The translations under genes were made by a program, and so were the position numbers. Source: Podarcis filfolensis (lineage: Eukaryota). Taken from it: a stretch of DNA of 64,000 bases. The DNA lies in NCBI GenBank assembly GCA_964270895.1, contig OZ185435.1; one strand, given 5' to 3'. Within the stretch, counting starts at the first letter, position 1. Each line of letters starts with the position of its first letter. The notes beneath the pieces were generated by a model. The model searched no databases. It was not told the DNA's origin and was given only the letters and a program-made list of their open reading frames with translations. Of this stretch, positions 53,770-64,000 are shown one piece after another.

Positions 53770-54200
53770 TATATACAAAAAAAACAAAGTTCCCTGCCTT
53801 GAAGAAAGCAGGTGACATACAAAGGGTAAGGAAGAAAAGGGATGCAGCTAAATATATGCAACCTTTATATACATATATTTATTTATAATTAGTATTACTA
53901 CAAAATGTCAACAATCCCCATCTGTCCTTTCACTTAGCAATCTGTCATTGCAAGTTGTGCAATAGGCTCAGTAGGCATTGCAGCAGAGGTGGGTCTCAAG
54001 GAGATAAAGGAGAGGAGAGTCGTGACCTTATGGATCAGTTCAGGGAGGGCATTCCATGCATACGGGACAGTGTGGAAGATGCTAAGTTCAACCTGAAATT
54101 ATGCAGAGCAGCAGTTCTCCAGGTAAAGACTCAAGGTGTGTGTGAGGTGCCTATTTTTGAGACAGAGGCAGTGTGGTTTTGTAAGTAACGACTGGCTATT
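53770..54200 (-). mobile_element. Old L2-like 3' region
   Basis: aaagttccctgccttgaag and agggagggcattccatgc resemble recalled L2 3' motifs; highly degenerate. Confidence 0.4.
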
Positions 54201-54831
54201 AAGCAGGCAAGTGAAATAAGTGATGCAGGACTACACCAAACTCCGGTTACTTGCCACTGCTTTTCATAGGGCTGCTTCATTCATGAGTTTCCTACATGAA
54301 GGGAAACTCAGTGCAGAAAAATATGTGTACACCCACATACACTGTTGGGCATGAAAATGGCACAAGTGTTTATTCTGCCTTGGTTACACATGTTCAGAAG
54401 CTGCAGCAGGTGGTTCCAAATACAGGTAACCACAGCAGAACAGACATACAACATGACGTGTGTGCACATATTTTTTTCCTACCTGGGGACATGCCATGCA
54501 TGAAATAGCCCTAAGTGATCACCAGTTAGCACAGTAACTTTGAAATAATGACTGGGGAACAACTGGGAAGGGATCTTAAACATATAAAGGGAGAGGGAGT
54601 GGGGATGAAGGAGGCAAGACAAAAGAAAGAAATGGGATCATCTATTTCAAATGTGAAGGAAATTAGGTTATTTTATGTGATTTCAGTTCATTATCTAAAT
54701 AGCTAAAACATATTAATAAGTTATTTTTATGACTGACAAACTGGACCATTTACAACTATGTATCCTCCTTTAATATGAAAAGGTGTAGGGGAGAAAAAAC
54801 AAATTAAAAGAGATAAAATGCTTCCCCTTAC

Positions 54832-54852
54832 CCTTCTTCTTCCGTACTGAAG
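54832..54852 (-). CDS. SHANK2: SHANK2 21-nt microexon (A-S-V-R-K-K-K)
   Basis: tccctttctattttcaag|CT TCA GTA CGG AAG AAG AAG G|gtaag; frame-preserving and identical to the recalled mammalian peptide. Confidence 0.92.
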
Positions 54853-56149
54853 CTTGAAAATAGAAAGGGAATGAATGGTAAATAAAATGTGAAGAGAAGG
54901 TCATTCTAAAATGATAAATCCCTGTTTGAGTCTCAAGCACCAACACTGAGAGTACTCAGTACTATGCTTTCCCTTTTTCAAATCACCATAAGCATTAGCA
55001 AAACTAGCACAGGCTATGTTTAAACTCTAATTCCAAAAGATACAAACTAAAAGGCAGAATACCATGGCTATGCCGAAAAGGAAGATCTCATCCCAACAGT
55101 TAAACAGCATGATTTAGATTTTAAAATATATCAGCATGATCGTGGAGGGGCGTGGCGGGGAATATTTTCAGAGTTTGAATTCAAAGGGGAAAGAATTGTG
55201 ACAATTTCTTAGGCCATTAGTTCCTGACAATCTTAGTGCAGATTCTAAAGAGGGGCAGACATGAATTAGAGCTTGTGCAACACTAATTGGGAAGCAGCCG
55301 TGTAATATTACAGGGGGCACAAAGCTGAACATGAGCTCCACAGAACCACTAAATTAGTTCCTTGACCCAATGGGCTGTTTCCTCCAAAATAGCAGCCCCT
55401 TAATACACAGAATAGAAAAACTGGTTTGAAACTGAGGGGGAGTTTTTAAACAAAACAATTCATTCACAAGGAGGGCACTGTCATGTGTTCAAAGAAAGGA
55501 AAAGAAAGAAATTCCACTGGGATACCACAAGGTAAGAAATATTATTGGTCACAAATAAGAAAATCGTAGTGTTGGACATTCAGCCCAGACTATTGTTGCT
55601 TTCGAGGTGGGGAAGAATAACACCCGCCCCTGAAGATCCGAATCAAAGAACTTTAGGGTGGGAGTGAGCTTATCTTCAGGCTGGGATGGGAGAGGATATT
55701 TGTAAAGGACCCTAAAAAACTCTCCCAATGTTTCAAGTGGCAGCTTGGCTGCCCTGAGCAATGCATTGACACTCCTTTGTAATTCAGTACAGAACGCCCC
55801 CTGAGAATTATGCTGTGTCATGATGTAGTATTATTCCTAGAGGCGTTATTGAGGGTGGTGGTGGGGAATGGTGGCTGTTGTCATTTACTGTGGCAACAAA
55901 GCTTTTCTATTGTTAAAAAAATAAAGTATTCATGACTGAAGTGTAGACCCACATGGACTCCAAAGTTCTTTGATTGCTTCCCACCCATCACTATAAAAGT
56001 CACCAACATCCCCCCACTGCTTTCAAGGGGAATGAATGGCTCTGTGAAAGTGCAGTGGGGGGAGGCTGGTTCAGTTTAAGAAGAGAGAGTACAGAGAAAA
56101 GTAGGAAGAGGAACCCATTAAGAAGAGGGACAATACAAATACACTTTCA

Positions 56150-56290
56150 ATGATAAATAGTGAGCACATGCTTTCCATGCAGAATGTTCCAAATTCAATC
56201 CCTGGCATCACCAGATGGGATTGGGCAAGATTCCCATCTGAAACCATGGAGAGTCATTGTAGAAATTTTGGACATATGGACAAATATTTG
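56150..56290 (+). mobile_element. Squam2-like tRNA-derived SINE (diverged)
   Basis: gagcacatgctttccatgcagaatgttccaaattcaatccctggcatcaccagatggg...tgaaaccatggagag matches the recalled consensus. Confidence 0.65.
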
Positions 56291-56710
56291 TACTATGTTC
56301 TTATGGCAGCTTCCTGTAAGTCTATCTTTTTTATATACTGGCAAATAAAAAAATATTTTTGAAGCCATTTAAACTAGTTAATAAAACATTTATGTGCACA
56401 ATAGATATAGTTTCTTGAACTATTTTTGTTAGACATCACTGATGAAAGGAAGTCGATAAACAGTAACAACAGCAGCAACAATAATAATTTAAACTATTGC
56501 CATGACTAAAACGTAATTTTCAACTCCATATTCTGCGCAGCATGAACGTTTGCATACTTTTATAAATGGTAGGTGGTCTTTCAAAAGACACCATCACACC
56601 TACAGCCTTATCCTATGCAAGTTTACACAGAGGAACATAGAAATGACATTAGTGGTATTTACTCCTAAGTTTGCAGAGGACTAAAGCCTTTGCATATTTA
56701 GCAGCATTGG

Positions 56711-56879
56711 CAGTGGCGTAGCGTGGGGGGTGCAGGGGGGGCCGGCCGCACCGGGCGCAACATCTGGGGGTTAGGGTTAGGGGGCGCAAATCCACGGGTT
56801 AGGGGGCGCAAATCCATGGGTTAGGGGGCGCAAATTACTTGCCTTGCCCCGGGTGCTGACAACCCACGCTACGCCACTG
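56711..56879. mobile_element. hAT MITE with internal telomere-like 21-bp tandem repeats
   Basis: Perfect 17-bp TIR CAGTGGCGTAGCGTGGG / CCCACGCTACGCCACTG; TSD AGCATTGG / AGCACTGG (7/8); three GGGTTAGGGGGCGCAAAT units. Confidence 0.9.
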
Positions 56880-58750
56880 AGCACTGGTAGGCATGCAGGA
56901 GTATTTTAAGTATTGTGTGCTCTTTCCCTGTATAATCAAGGGTGTCCTGTTCTCTTCAACACAATTCCAGAAAATCTTGCTTACAATTATGTCATGGAAG
57001 TAAATAAGGAAGTTCCTACTCATACATTCATGGACTTTGAATCACGTTTGGTGTGGATATCTCTAGCTCTTAAGACAATTTTTCATCATAGCAAAGTACT
57101 TAATTTTCTATAAAATTATATAACCATTTAATATAAAAATTATGAAGGACGAAGAAACCTCAAGTTTCTATATTATAATGGTCAGGAAGACATTTTCTTT
57201 ATTGCCAACTCCTTTAAGGTTATTTATGTCTATCCTTTCAGTGATAGACTTCTCAAAAATAAAATACCCAACATGTGCAACCAGAAGGCAAGAGCTTTTC
57301 TTGTATTTCTTTAGAGAAAATGTGAACTAACTAGAGTTACACCTGGACAGAGTAATTATCACTGTTTAGAGTGTTAAAACATGTAGCAATTGATTCCCTC
57401 CATAGCTGCTTTTATAGGTCTTAGCATTCTACCAAGAACTATAAGAAAACACAAGTTTTCCTACGGACAACCTAGACCTTCCTGCTGAGCTTATTTCATT
57501 CCAGCTCCCATTCAAATTTGCCCTCCTTGGCGGGAAGACCACCCCCTGATACTGCTGGCCATGGGGAATTTCCCCAGCAGCAGCTGGCCAGCAAGCGAGT
57601 ACGGCTTGGTAGCCGGGGATGAAGGCAGAGAGCAAAGGGGGCCGCAGTGATCGCCCCCTGTGGACATGGTGAGCAACCACGATTTCCACATGGTTCCAGG
57701 ATTAATCATTCAGGCATTTCCTGATCTCATCTTTGCTGACATCGTCTTTTCACCACTGCCTACTAGGCAACATCTCCTCTGAGGGAAGGGAGTGGAACTT
57801 GCTCAGCTCCTGACAGAAGCAACTTTTCTCTTGCAGGTAGCTGTCAGGCTCCCAACGATGACCTCTGATGCAAGCGAGTGAGACTGAGCTGCTGTGATTC
57901 ACTCAAGCCCATGGTGGACGCCAAGTCTTCCCTTGATGGCAGTTGATTTCAAATTACAGCCGGAGAAGAACTGCCATTCCTTTGAAGTTGTGTGATTTTA
58001 TTGGGGAAAAGAAAGGAGCTCAGAAGGAAGGTGCAGTTGTGGCCCAAAGAAAGCTTTTTCCTGAATCTCAAAATGGTTCTTGAGTCGGATGCTAAGACCT
58101 ATAAAGGCAGCATTGTGAGGAAGTCAATTACACTGAGTACTACACATTTTCATAGCTTAAATAGGTCACCCTGGTGATTACTCTCTCTGCTCAGGTGTAA
58201 CTTCTTGTTAGCTTACAATGTCCAGATTGAAGAAAAATGCCCTAGTTAGCCAACAAGATCATTATTTTTATGGTTCATAAGGGAGCCTTTCCCATTTTTC
58301 CATGGCGAATGAACAAGGACTGTGCTATGATACAAAAATTTGTTTAAAAGGATAACTTCATGATATTCAAAGCAAGTGAAACAGGAATTTTATCGTTGGC
58401 AAAAAAATTTTAAAAACCCAATAACTCTCATATAAAATAGCCCCCTATTTCCCACCTAATCCCTCCAAAACCTAAACAGTATTAATTGCAAGTGGTCTGT
58501 TGTGTTATTTAAAGCAGGAAATAGCACAAAGGAGGGCATATTTCTGAATAAAATTGCTGATAATTCACAATCAAGAAATAAATTTAAATGAAGATTATAT
58601 AAAAAATAAACTCTTCATTTGAGAAACCTCTGTAATTTCTATTTTAAAATGTTTCAGCTTAATACCTCTAAAGGTATTAATAAACAAACTCGATGTTACC
58701 TAGGACTCAGCGAGACTGGTAAAGAAATAGTGATTTATATGCATTGTATG

Positions 58751-58776
58751 TGCAATATGTGCCACCAGATGGCGAT
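58751..58776 (+). promoter_or_regulatory. Putative CTCF site with upstream motif
   Basis: TGCAAT-atgtg-CCACCAGATGGCGA matches the CTCF core plus the ZF9-11 upstream motif at 5-bp spacing. Motif only. Confidence 0.55.
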
Positions 58777-59081
58777 GTGGAGTCCCTTTTTTCTCTACCT
58801 GTTTTCCCTGTTTAAATTTACACTTTAAACTGAAACACTTCTTTGATGTGTCTAGATCCAGCACTAGACATCAGGATATCTAAAGTGTTTTCTATGTAAC
58901 AAATATTTGATTACTAAAAGGTAGGAAAATGCTGAACTGTTTTCTTTAAATAAAAAAGACCTTATATCAGAAATATTTTAACTAAATATTGTAAAAATGG
59001 ATTCTACTACTATAACGCTATTTTATTCTGCACAAAAATAGGTGAAGTAAAGATTAAGAAATGTTCTTGTTCATGCAAATT

Positions 59082-59173
59082 CAGGCTGCAATCTTATAGA
59101 CGCACACCTGCAAGTAAGCCCCACTGAACTCAATGGGATTTACTTCTGAGTACACATCCATAGGATTGCACTG
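59082..59173 (-). repeat. Short ~90-bp palindromic interspersed repeat (inverted relative to 52694)
   Basis: Terminal IR GCTGCAATCTTATA / ATAGGATTGCAC; its reverse complement aligns to 52694-52775. Confidence 0.7.
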
Positions 59174-59405
59174 GATCAAATAAATAAATAAAGAAAGAAA
59201 GAAATAAAGAAAGAAAGATAGGCCCTAATCCAGGAGGAGAGATAAAAATTATGGTAGGGAACATCTGAGAGCCGAAACCTGCTTTAAGCTAACAAATTGC
59301 TTTTGCTGGATTGGGGGCAATGAACACCAATAAGAGATAGTTTCCTTTCAGGTACAACACTTTGTTTCTGGGTCAGCTTTTATAGAACGACAGCTAGCAG
59401 CTTAC

Positions 59406-59414
59406 CTTTGTCCA
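59406..59414 (-). CDS. SHANK2: SHANK2 9-nt microexon (V-D-K)
   Basis: ctctcattag|TG GAC AAA G|gtaag; frame-preserving. Restores the mammalian ELEEL-VDK-ASVRKKK sequence. Confidence 0.88.
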
Positions 59415-59765
59415 CTAATGAGAGGCCACAGAAATTTAAAATAAAACAATATTAGATAAACTGATTTCTTAGGGGGGGAAAAACAAGCTAATAAAATATG
59501 CTTATAGCTTTAAATTAATGTGTAAAATAACAATGCACATAAATGATAAAACACATTCTGTCGCAGAGCTGGAAACAAAATTAAACACAACAAAATCACT
59601 CATGCTCATCATGCACACGTGGGAATCTCCAGAAAAGCAACATTCCCATGTAATTTATTTTCCAATACCACGTTCTGTACAGGGTGCAGTTCACTTTCAA
59701 ACAGTCTTAACATTGCCTTTTCATCTCTGCTATTGCAGCATGCTCATTAAGAAACACTTTCTTAC

Positions 59766-59846
59766 CAAGCTCTTCAAGTTCTGAGGTCATTGACTTAGAC
59801 CGCAAGGTCAGTGCAGTGGTTGGAGCCCGTTTTGGAGGTGGTGGGG
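59766..59846 (-). CDS. SHANK2: SHANK2 exon (APPPPKRAPTTALTLRSKSMTSELEEL)
   Basis: aaag|CC CCA...GAG CTT G|gtaag; 81 nt, phase 1 to 1. Matches the Shank2 post-PDZ segment. Too short for the ORF track; read by hand. Confidence 0.96.
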
Positions 59847-61299
59847 CTTTGCATTAAACAGAAGGACATACATGATAAGAAACAGCACTCACTGCATGCT
59901 CATATATGCATTATTCATATTCAACACAAAAATGCATTACCAATTAAATGAAAATATGTGTTTCTCTATGTAGCTAATCAGTTAACTGATCTCTGGAAAC
60001 AAGGTATACAGTAGTTTCCACACATAGGAAAGGAAGACACCACGGTATTTCTTTGACATATATTTTATTTTAGGAGATATTCATGCCGCGTTCACAACTA
60101 AGCTTATGCTATTGAATCTTATATGCTTAAAGGTTTATCAAGTGAGACGTGGTACTGTAGAAGTCTGTAAGCTCTGCATTTCTACATTACTCAAAGAGCC
60201 TCACATGAACGGCTCATGTCGACAGCAGCAAATGACCTGAAAGTTATCTGACTGACAAGTAGGTTTGACCAGAAATCATGACTGGACACAAGCAGTGAAC
60301 AGGAGAACCATAGAAAGTGATAGTTTATAATAATGCTTCTAAATCTTTGAAAAGCAATAGGCTATACGCAACTTTTGTATTGTAAACTGAACTAAAAAAG
60401 AAAATGATTGAAGCTGTGTTCATTGATAGTTTGAGTTAGACACGTAAGTCATTGTAGCCTACAATACAATGATACATTAGCTGTGTGGAGCTCAAAGCAG
60501 TCAAATGCTCCAGAACTTACAACCAGAGATAAATATTTAAGTTGTTACATCCAAAGTGTATTATATCAATTTTTGCTACCCTGCCCAAATCAGCTTATCT
60601 CAAGTAGCCCTTACTATGTTTGTTACTGAAAGTCACATATATAAAACTGGCAGCCGTTTGAGCTTAATGGGTCATGCATTCAAACTGTACAACTGACTTA
60701 TGCCCTGCTTTAGAAGTAGATAATGGAGAGCAACTCCAAGCAGACATATTTTTGGCCAAGTTATTTCAAAAGGAAATGAGCTACATATGTAAATGCACTA
60801 TGCTATTGACCCCTTTTTCACAGGACCATGGCAAATGAATATGCAGGAAATGATCATGTTATAAGAGATAGTATATAGGATTCAAATCAATCAAGAAAGA
60901 CCCATTAAACAAGCCCCACCCACATGGTTGGGCTATTCATGCACATTTTCCAAAAGTGCAGAACTGCACCAGAAGGAACTAGTTCTCATGTCAATTGATG
61001 TCTATTAAAAAAGAGTATTTTCTCAACTTTGGAAATTAACTCTTCCGTAAAATAATACAACACATATTAAATTGTGGGATGAAGCTCAAATTGTGCAAAT
61101 TGAACTTAACCTTCCATCAATAATTGAGGTCATATGTACTCCAACTGTGCTGAAAATAAAAATAAAACTTCTGTGCAAGTCTTTCACAATTCCAGGTTCT
61201 ATGTATTCTTCAACTATTATGAGGTTTGAACTGGTATGTGGTGTTCCAAGTCACTCCACCCCACTGGAATGACTAAAAAACTGAAAAACCATGCACATT

Positions 61300-62735
61300 A
61301 GGTGCTAGGGGTCAAAATGACCTCACAAAATGCTGCTTAATTTATTAGTTTCTTGCCATGGCTACATATACTTAGCCTAGAACCTTTTATTTCAATTTCT
61401 TGTGAAAAGGAAAATAGATTAAAAAAGTCTATTTTTATATCAAATTACTCACTTTCCTCAGTATCACTACAAATTATATTAGAGGTCAATAATACCCAAA
61501 AGGCTAATAAAACTAATTTTCAAACCTTAATACTGTATATTGAACATTTTTGTCAGTGAGAAGGTCCTTGTTTACCCAGCCAAACTATTGTTTTCCTCAT
61601 AGCTACTTGTAGACTTCATTTGAACAATACTTATTTATTCTGCTTTGGGGGTCATTTTCATCTCAATTGCATCTTTAAAATTGCAAACAACCTGTACCCC
61701 CCCTTCTGCAGGTGGGCAGACTTAATGGCAAATCTCCATAGAGAAACTTTAGATTTTATCTGTTTACATGAAGATATTTGAAAAATATGTTGTTGAGAGC
61801 TGCCTTGGGCATCTCTGCGATCAGCAGCTCAAATTCCAGGTCAGACAGCGGTTGACAAACGAGCAACCTATTTACAGTCTTCTGGACAGAATATAACAAC
61901 TTTTTCACCAATAAGCAGGAAAAAACCTGACTATGGCAACAACATTGAAAAAACAAGCAACCAGAAATCCCCCCAGAGTTCCTTTCCCACAAATTCAGAA
62001 GTGTCAACAGCAGCATTTTTTGTTTTTGCACTTACATATTATGTGCTAAGGAATGGAAGGACAGTGATTTTCCTTTCTTCAGTGCATGAGAATGCAGCAA
62101 TCTTAGTCCACAAATACAAGTCTGAGATCATTCTTTCTTATAATAAAACTAAAGCTGGTATGCACAACTGTGACCTGATAGTGTCTGTTTAAATGCCTAT
62201 ATTTGCTTGGAAGGTAAGCAAACCACAATGGAGTGAACATCCCCAAATATTATTTTCCTGGTATACCTGTATCTGGACTTGATCAAACTCTGAGCTGAGC
62301 ATAGACACATAGCCAACCTGCCTGGGATGTCAAGCGGCAGCTCCAAAATTGGTAGAGCCTGCCTATGCTGACACCAGGAAAAGGTGAAGGCATGATATCT
62401 GTGATTGACACAATGGCAGAAAATCACAGCAACAATGTGCTTTATGTAAATATTCTGCCTCCCATATTCATGGTGTTGTAAATGTGGCAATTGTGCATAA
62501 GCTGCTCAAGTAAAAGTCATTTGCAACTCACAGTAAACTGCATTGTTATACTCACGTAACAATTTATAATGAGGTTATATGTATGCTAACAACACAAGAT
62601 TCCTTTGCTCCATTTTGGAGGAAGGATGGAATATAAATCTATCAAATAAATAAATAAATAGATTATATGTTGCTTTGTGTTTTAAAAAAACCTCTGGGAT
62701 CAATTAGACCCTACACACCATTCTTGTGGATTTAT
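61300..62735 (+). mobile_element. Decayed, internally deleted piggyBac element with transposase fragments
   Basis: Frameshifted fragments SGQNIT/NFFT, KNLTMATTLKK, PEIPPEFLSHKFRSVNSSIFCF, TVIFLSSVH..KSEIILSYNKTKAGMHNCD, and a Cys-rich tail KR*RHDICD*HNGRKSQQQCALCK. Palindromic GGGTCA-N-TGACC-like motifs at 61308-61324 and 62696-62711. Ends are approximate. Confidence 0.8.
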
Positions 62736-63018
62736 GCATTTTATGTTGTGGGTTTTCGTTGTCCCTCGTTAGTTCTTTTCTTGTTTTACTGCAAAAGAAA
62801 ACTTCTCAATAAGGACATTTTTCAGAACACTTAGATGGGACCTTCCTCCAGCTATTTTAAAAATGTTTTTCTTGGGATATATTTGATTTCAAAACTGCTG
62901 TGATACAGTATTTTTTCTATTAATAGAGGGTTACATATTTCTAAATAATTTCTCATTTACACTGTTCTCTCAATGAAAGGAAATACGATAAACAGTCCAA
63001 ACTATGAAAAGAATGTAC

Positions 63019-63154
63019 CTTTCTTTCTGGCTGTGTCATCTGGATCAAGATTCCTGGTTACTGTGACAACTTTAAGAACTAAATGATTGCCTCCTTGCCG
63101 AATCATGTTCACCACTTGCCTATGGCCAACTTTAACTACATTTTCATTATTAAC
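63019..63154 (-). CDS. SHANK2: SHANK2 exon, C-terminal half of PDZ domain (VNNENVVKVGHRQVVNMIRQGGNHLVLKVVTVTRNLDPDDTARKK)
   Basis: Minus strand ctgcag|GTT...AAG AAA G|gtac; 136 nt = 45 codons + 1. The peptide matches the Shank2 PDZ as recalled. Confidence 0.97.
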
Positions 63155-63312
63155 CTGCAGGGGGAGAGAGAGAAAGGACAGAGTTATACTAAAACACGTG
63201 GAAAATAATACTTGATTGTAAAAGATAAAGTAAAACAATATCTATAAGGTTTTGAAGAGTGTTGAAAGAATTTGATTTTGACCTAATCAGCAGCTCCCTG
63301 GCTAATCTGCAG

Positions 63313-63465
63313 ATATTCCTGTTTCAGAATTATTATTATTTGGCTAGCACCAATCCAGCAATAAAAATCCCCTAAACACATATCTGATTATTCTTGTCAC
63401 AAATTAACATTTTGGAAGCACTTATAGATGGAGAATTGAACTCCACTTATAGATGGAGAATTGAA
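63313..63465 (+). repeat. Direct duplicate, copy B, plus a local 22-bp tandem re-copy
   Basis: Matches 51535-51660; CACTTATAGATGGAGAATTGAA occurs at 63419-63440 and 63444-63465. Confidence 0.95.
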
Positions 63466-64000
63466 TCAATATTTTTCCACTGCAGTGGAAATAAGGTACA
63501 ACAGACCAAAAGATACTATATATTGATATTAGTTTAATTTGACTCATTTTCTTTATATCCCTGTCATGCTTATAAACCATAATGGCGACTTCCAGCCCCC
63601 AGAAACATCTATTGCTTGCATGATTTGTAAACACACCGGGAAGCCAAACCATAATCATGACAGCCTTTTAACGCGTACCCAGACAGCTGTGAGTGTAATT
63701 AAATATAAAGTGTCTTTGACCAAAATTTGCTCTTGACACAAATCTGCACAGGAACCACATTGGGTTTTTTTCCCACAAGTACTTAAGTACACTTCAGAAG
63801 GTCTGTACTTTATTTTCATAAAATATTATTGTTATTTAAATTCATTAGTCACTTGCTACGTAAAGAATCTCTAAGCAACTTACATAACTTAAACTTCTTA
63901 AAGTCAGAAAAAATGACAAAACAAAAATCATCAAATCTTTTAGTGTAGTCAGGCAGGTGTTGGTGGTGAGGAGGAAGAGTTCCACATTGGAGGCCTCTGG

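Noticed and set aside
55549-55821. 90-aa ATG-initiated intronic ORF
   Set aside because: It has no recognisable domain, and this length is expected by chance in 64 kb.
57429-57980. GC-rich stretch with short ORFs, possibly a TE remnant
   Set aside because: No identifiable protein motif or termini; it was noted only for a weak CTCF-like site.
1-64000. CRISPR arrays, operons or prokaryotic defence systems
   Set aside because: The DNA is spliced vertebrate sequence. The only short tandem units (e.g. 56770-56835) lack unique spacers and sit inside a MITE.

Overview
Eukaryotic (vertebrate) genomic DNA, most likely from a squamate lizard. The Squam1-like and Sauria-like SINEs suggest a lacertid, which is an inference. 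The window holds the 3' half of SHANK2 on the minus strand. Eight coding exons splice in frame with GT-AG ends (136+81+9+21+131+112+2416+574 = 3480 nt, 1159 aa plus stop). They run from the second half of the PDZ domain, through two microexons (VDK and ASVRKKK) and the large proline-rich exon, to the SAM-domain exon and an inferred ~6-kb 3'UTR. The introns carry hAT-type MITEs with 8-bp target-site duplications (TSDs), Tc1/mariner MITEs, SINEs, L2 fragments, a decayed piggyBac and microsatellites. No prokaryotic system or CRISPR array is present. The best unexplained signals are: (1) a candidate 27-nt stop-codon microexon that would give an NMD-escaping, SAM-less Shank2; (2) a nested, co-oriented Myb/SANT-like (Harbinger-type) reading frame with a 287-codon open stretch; (3) a candidate internal first exon for a PDZ-less isoform; and (4) a 126-bp near-identical duplicate 11.8 kb away from its partner. 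All family assignments are from memory and were not checked against databases.
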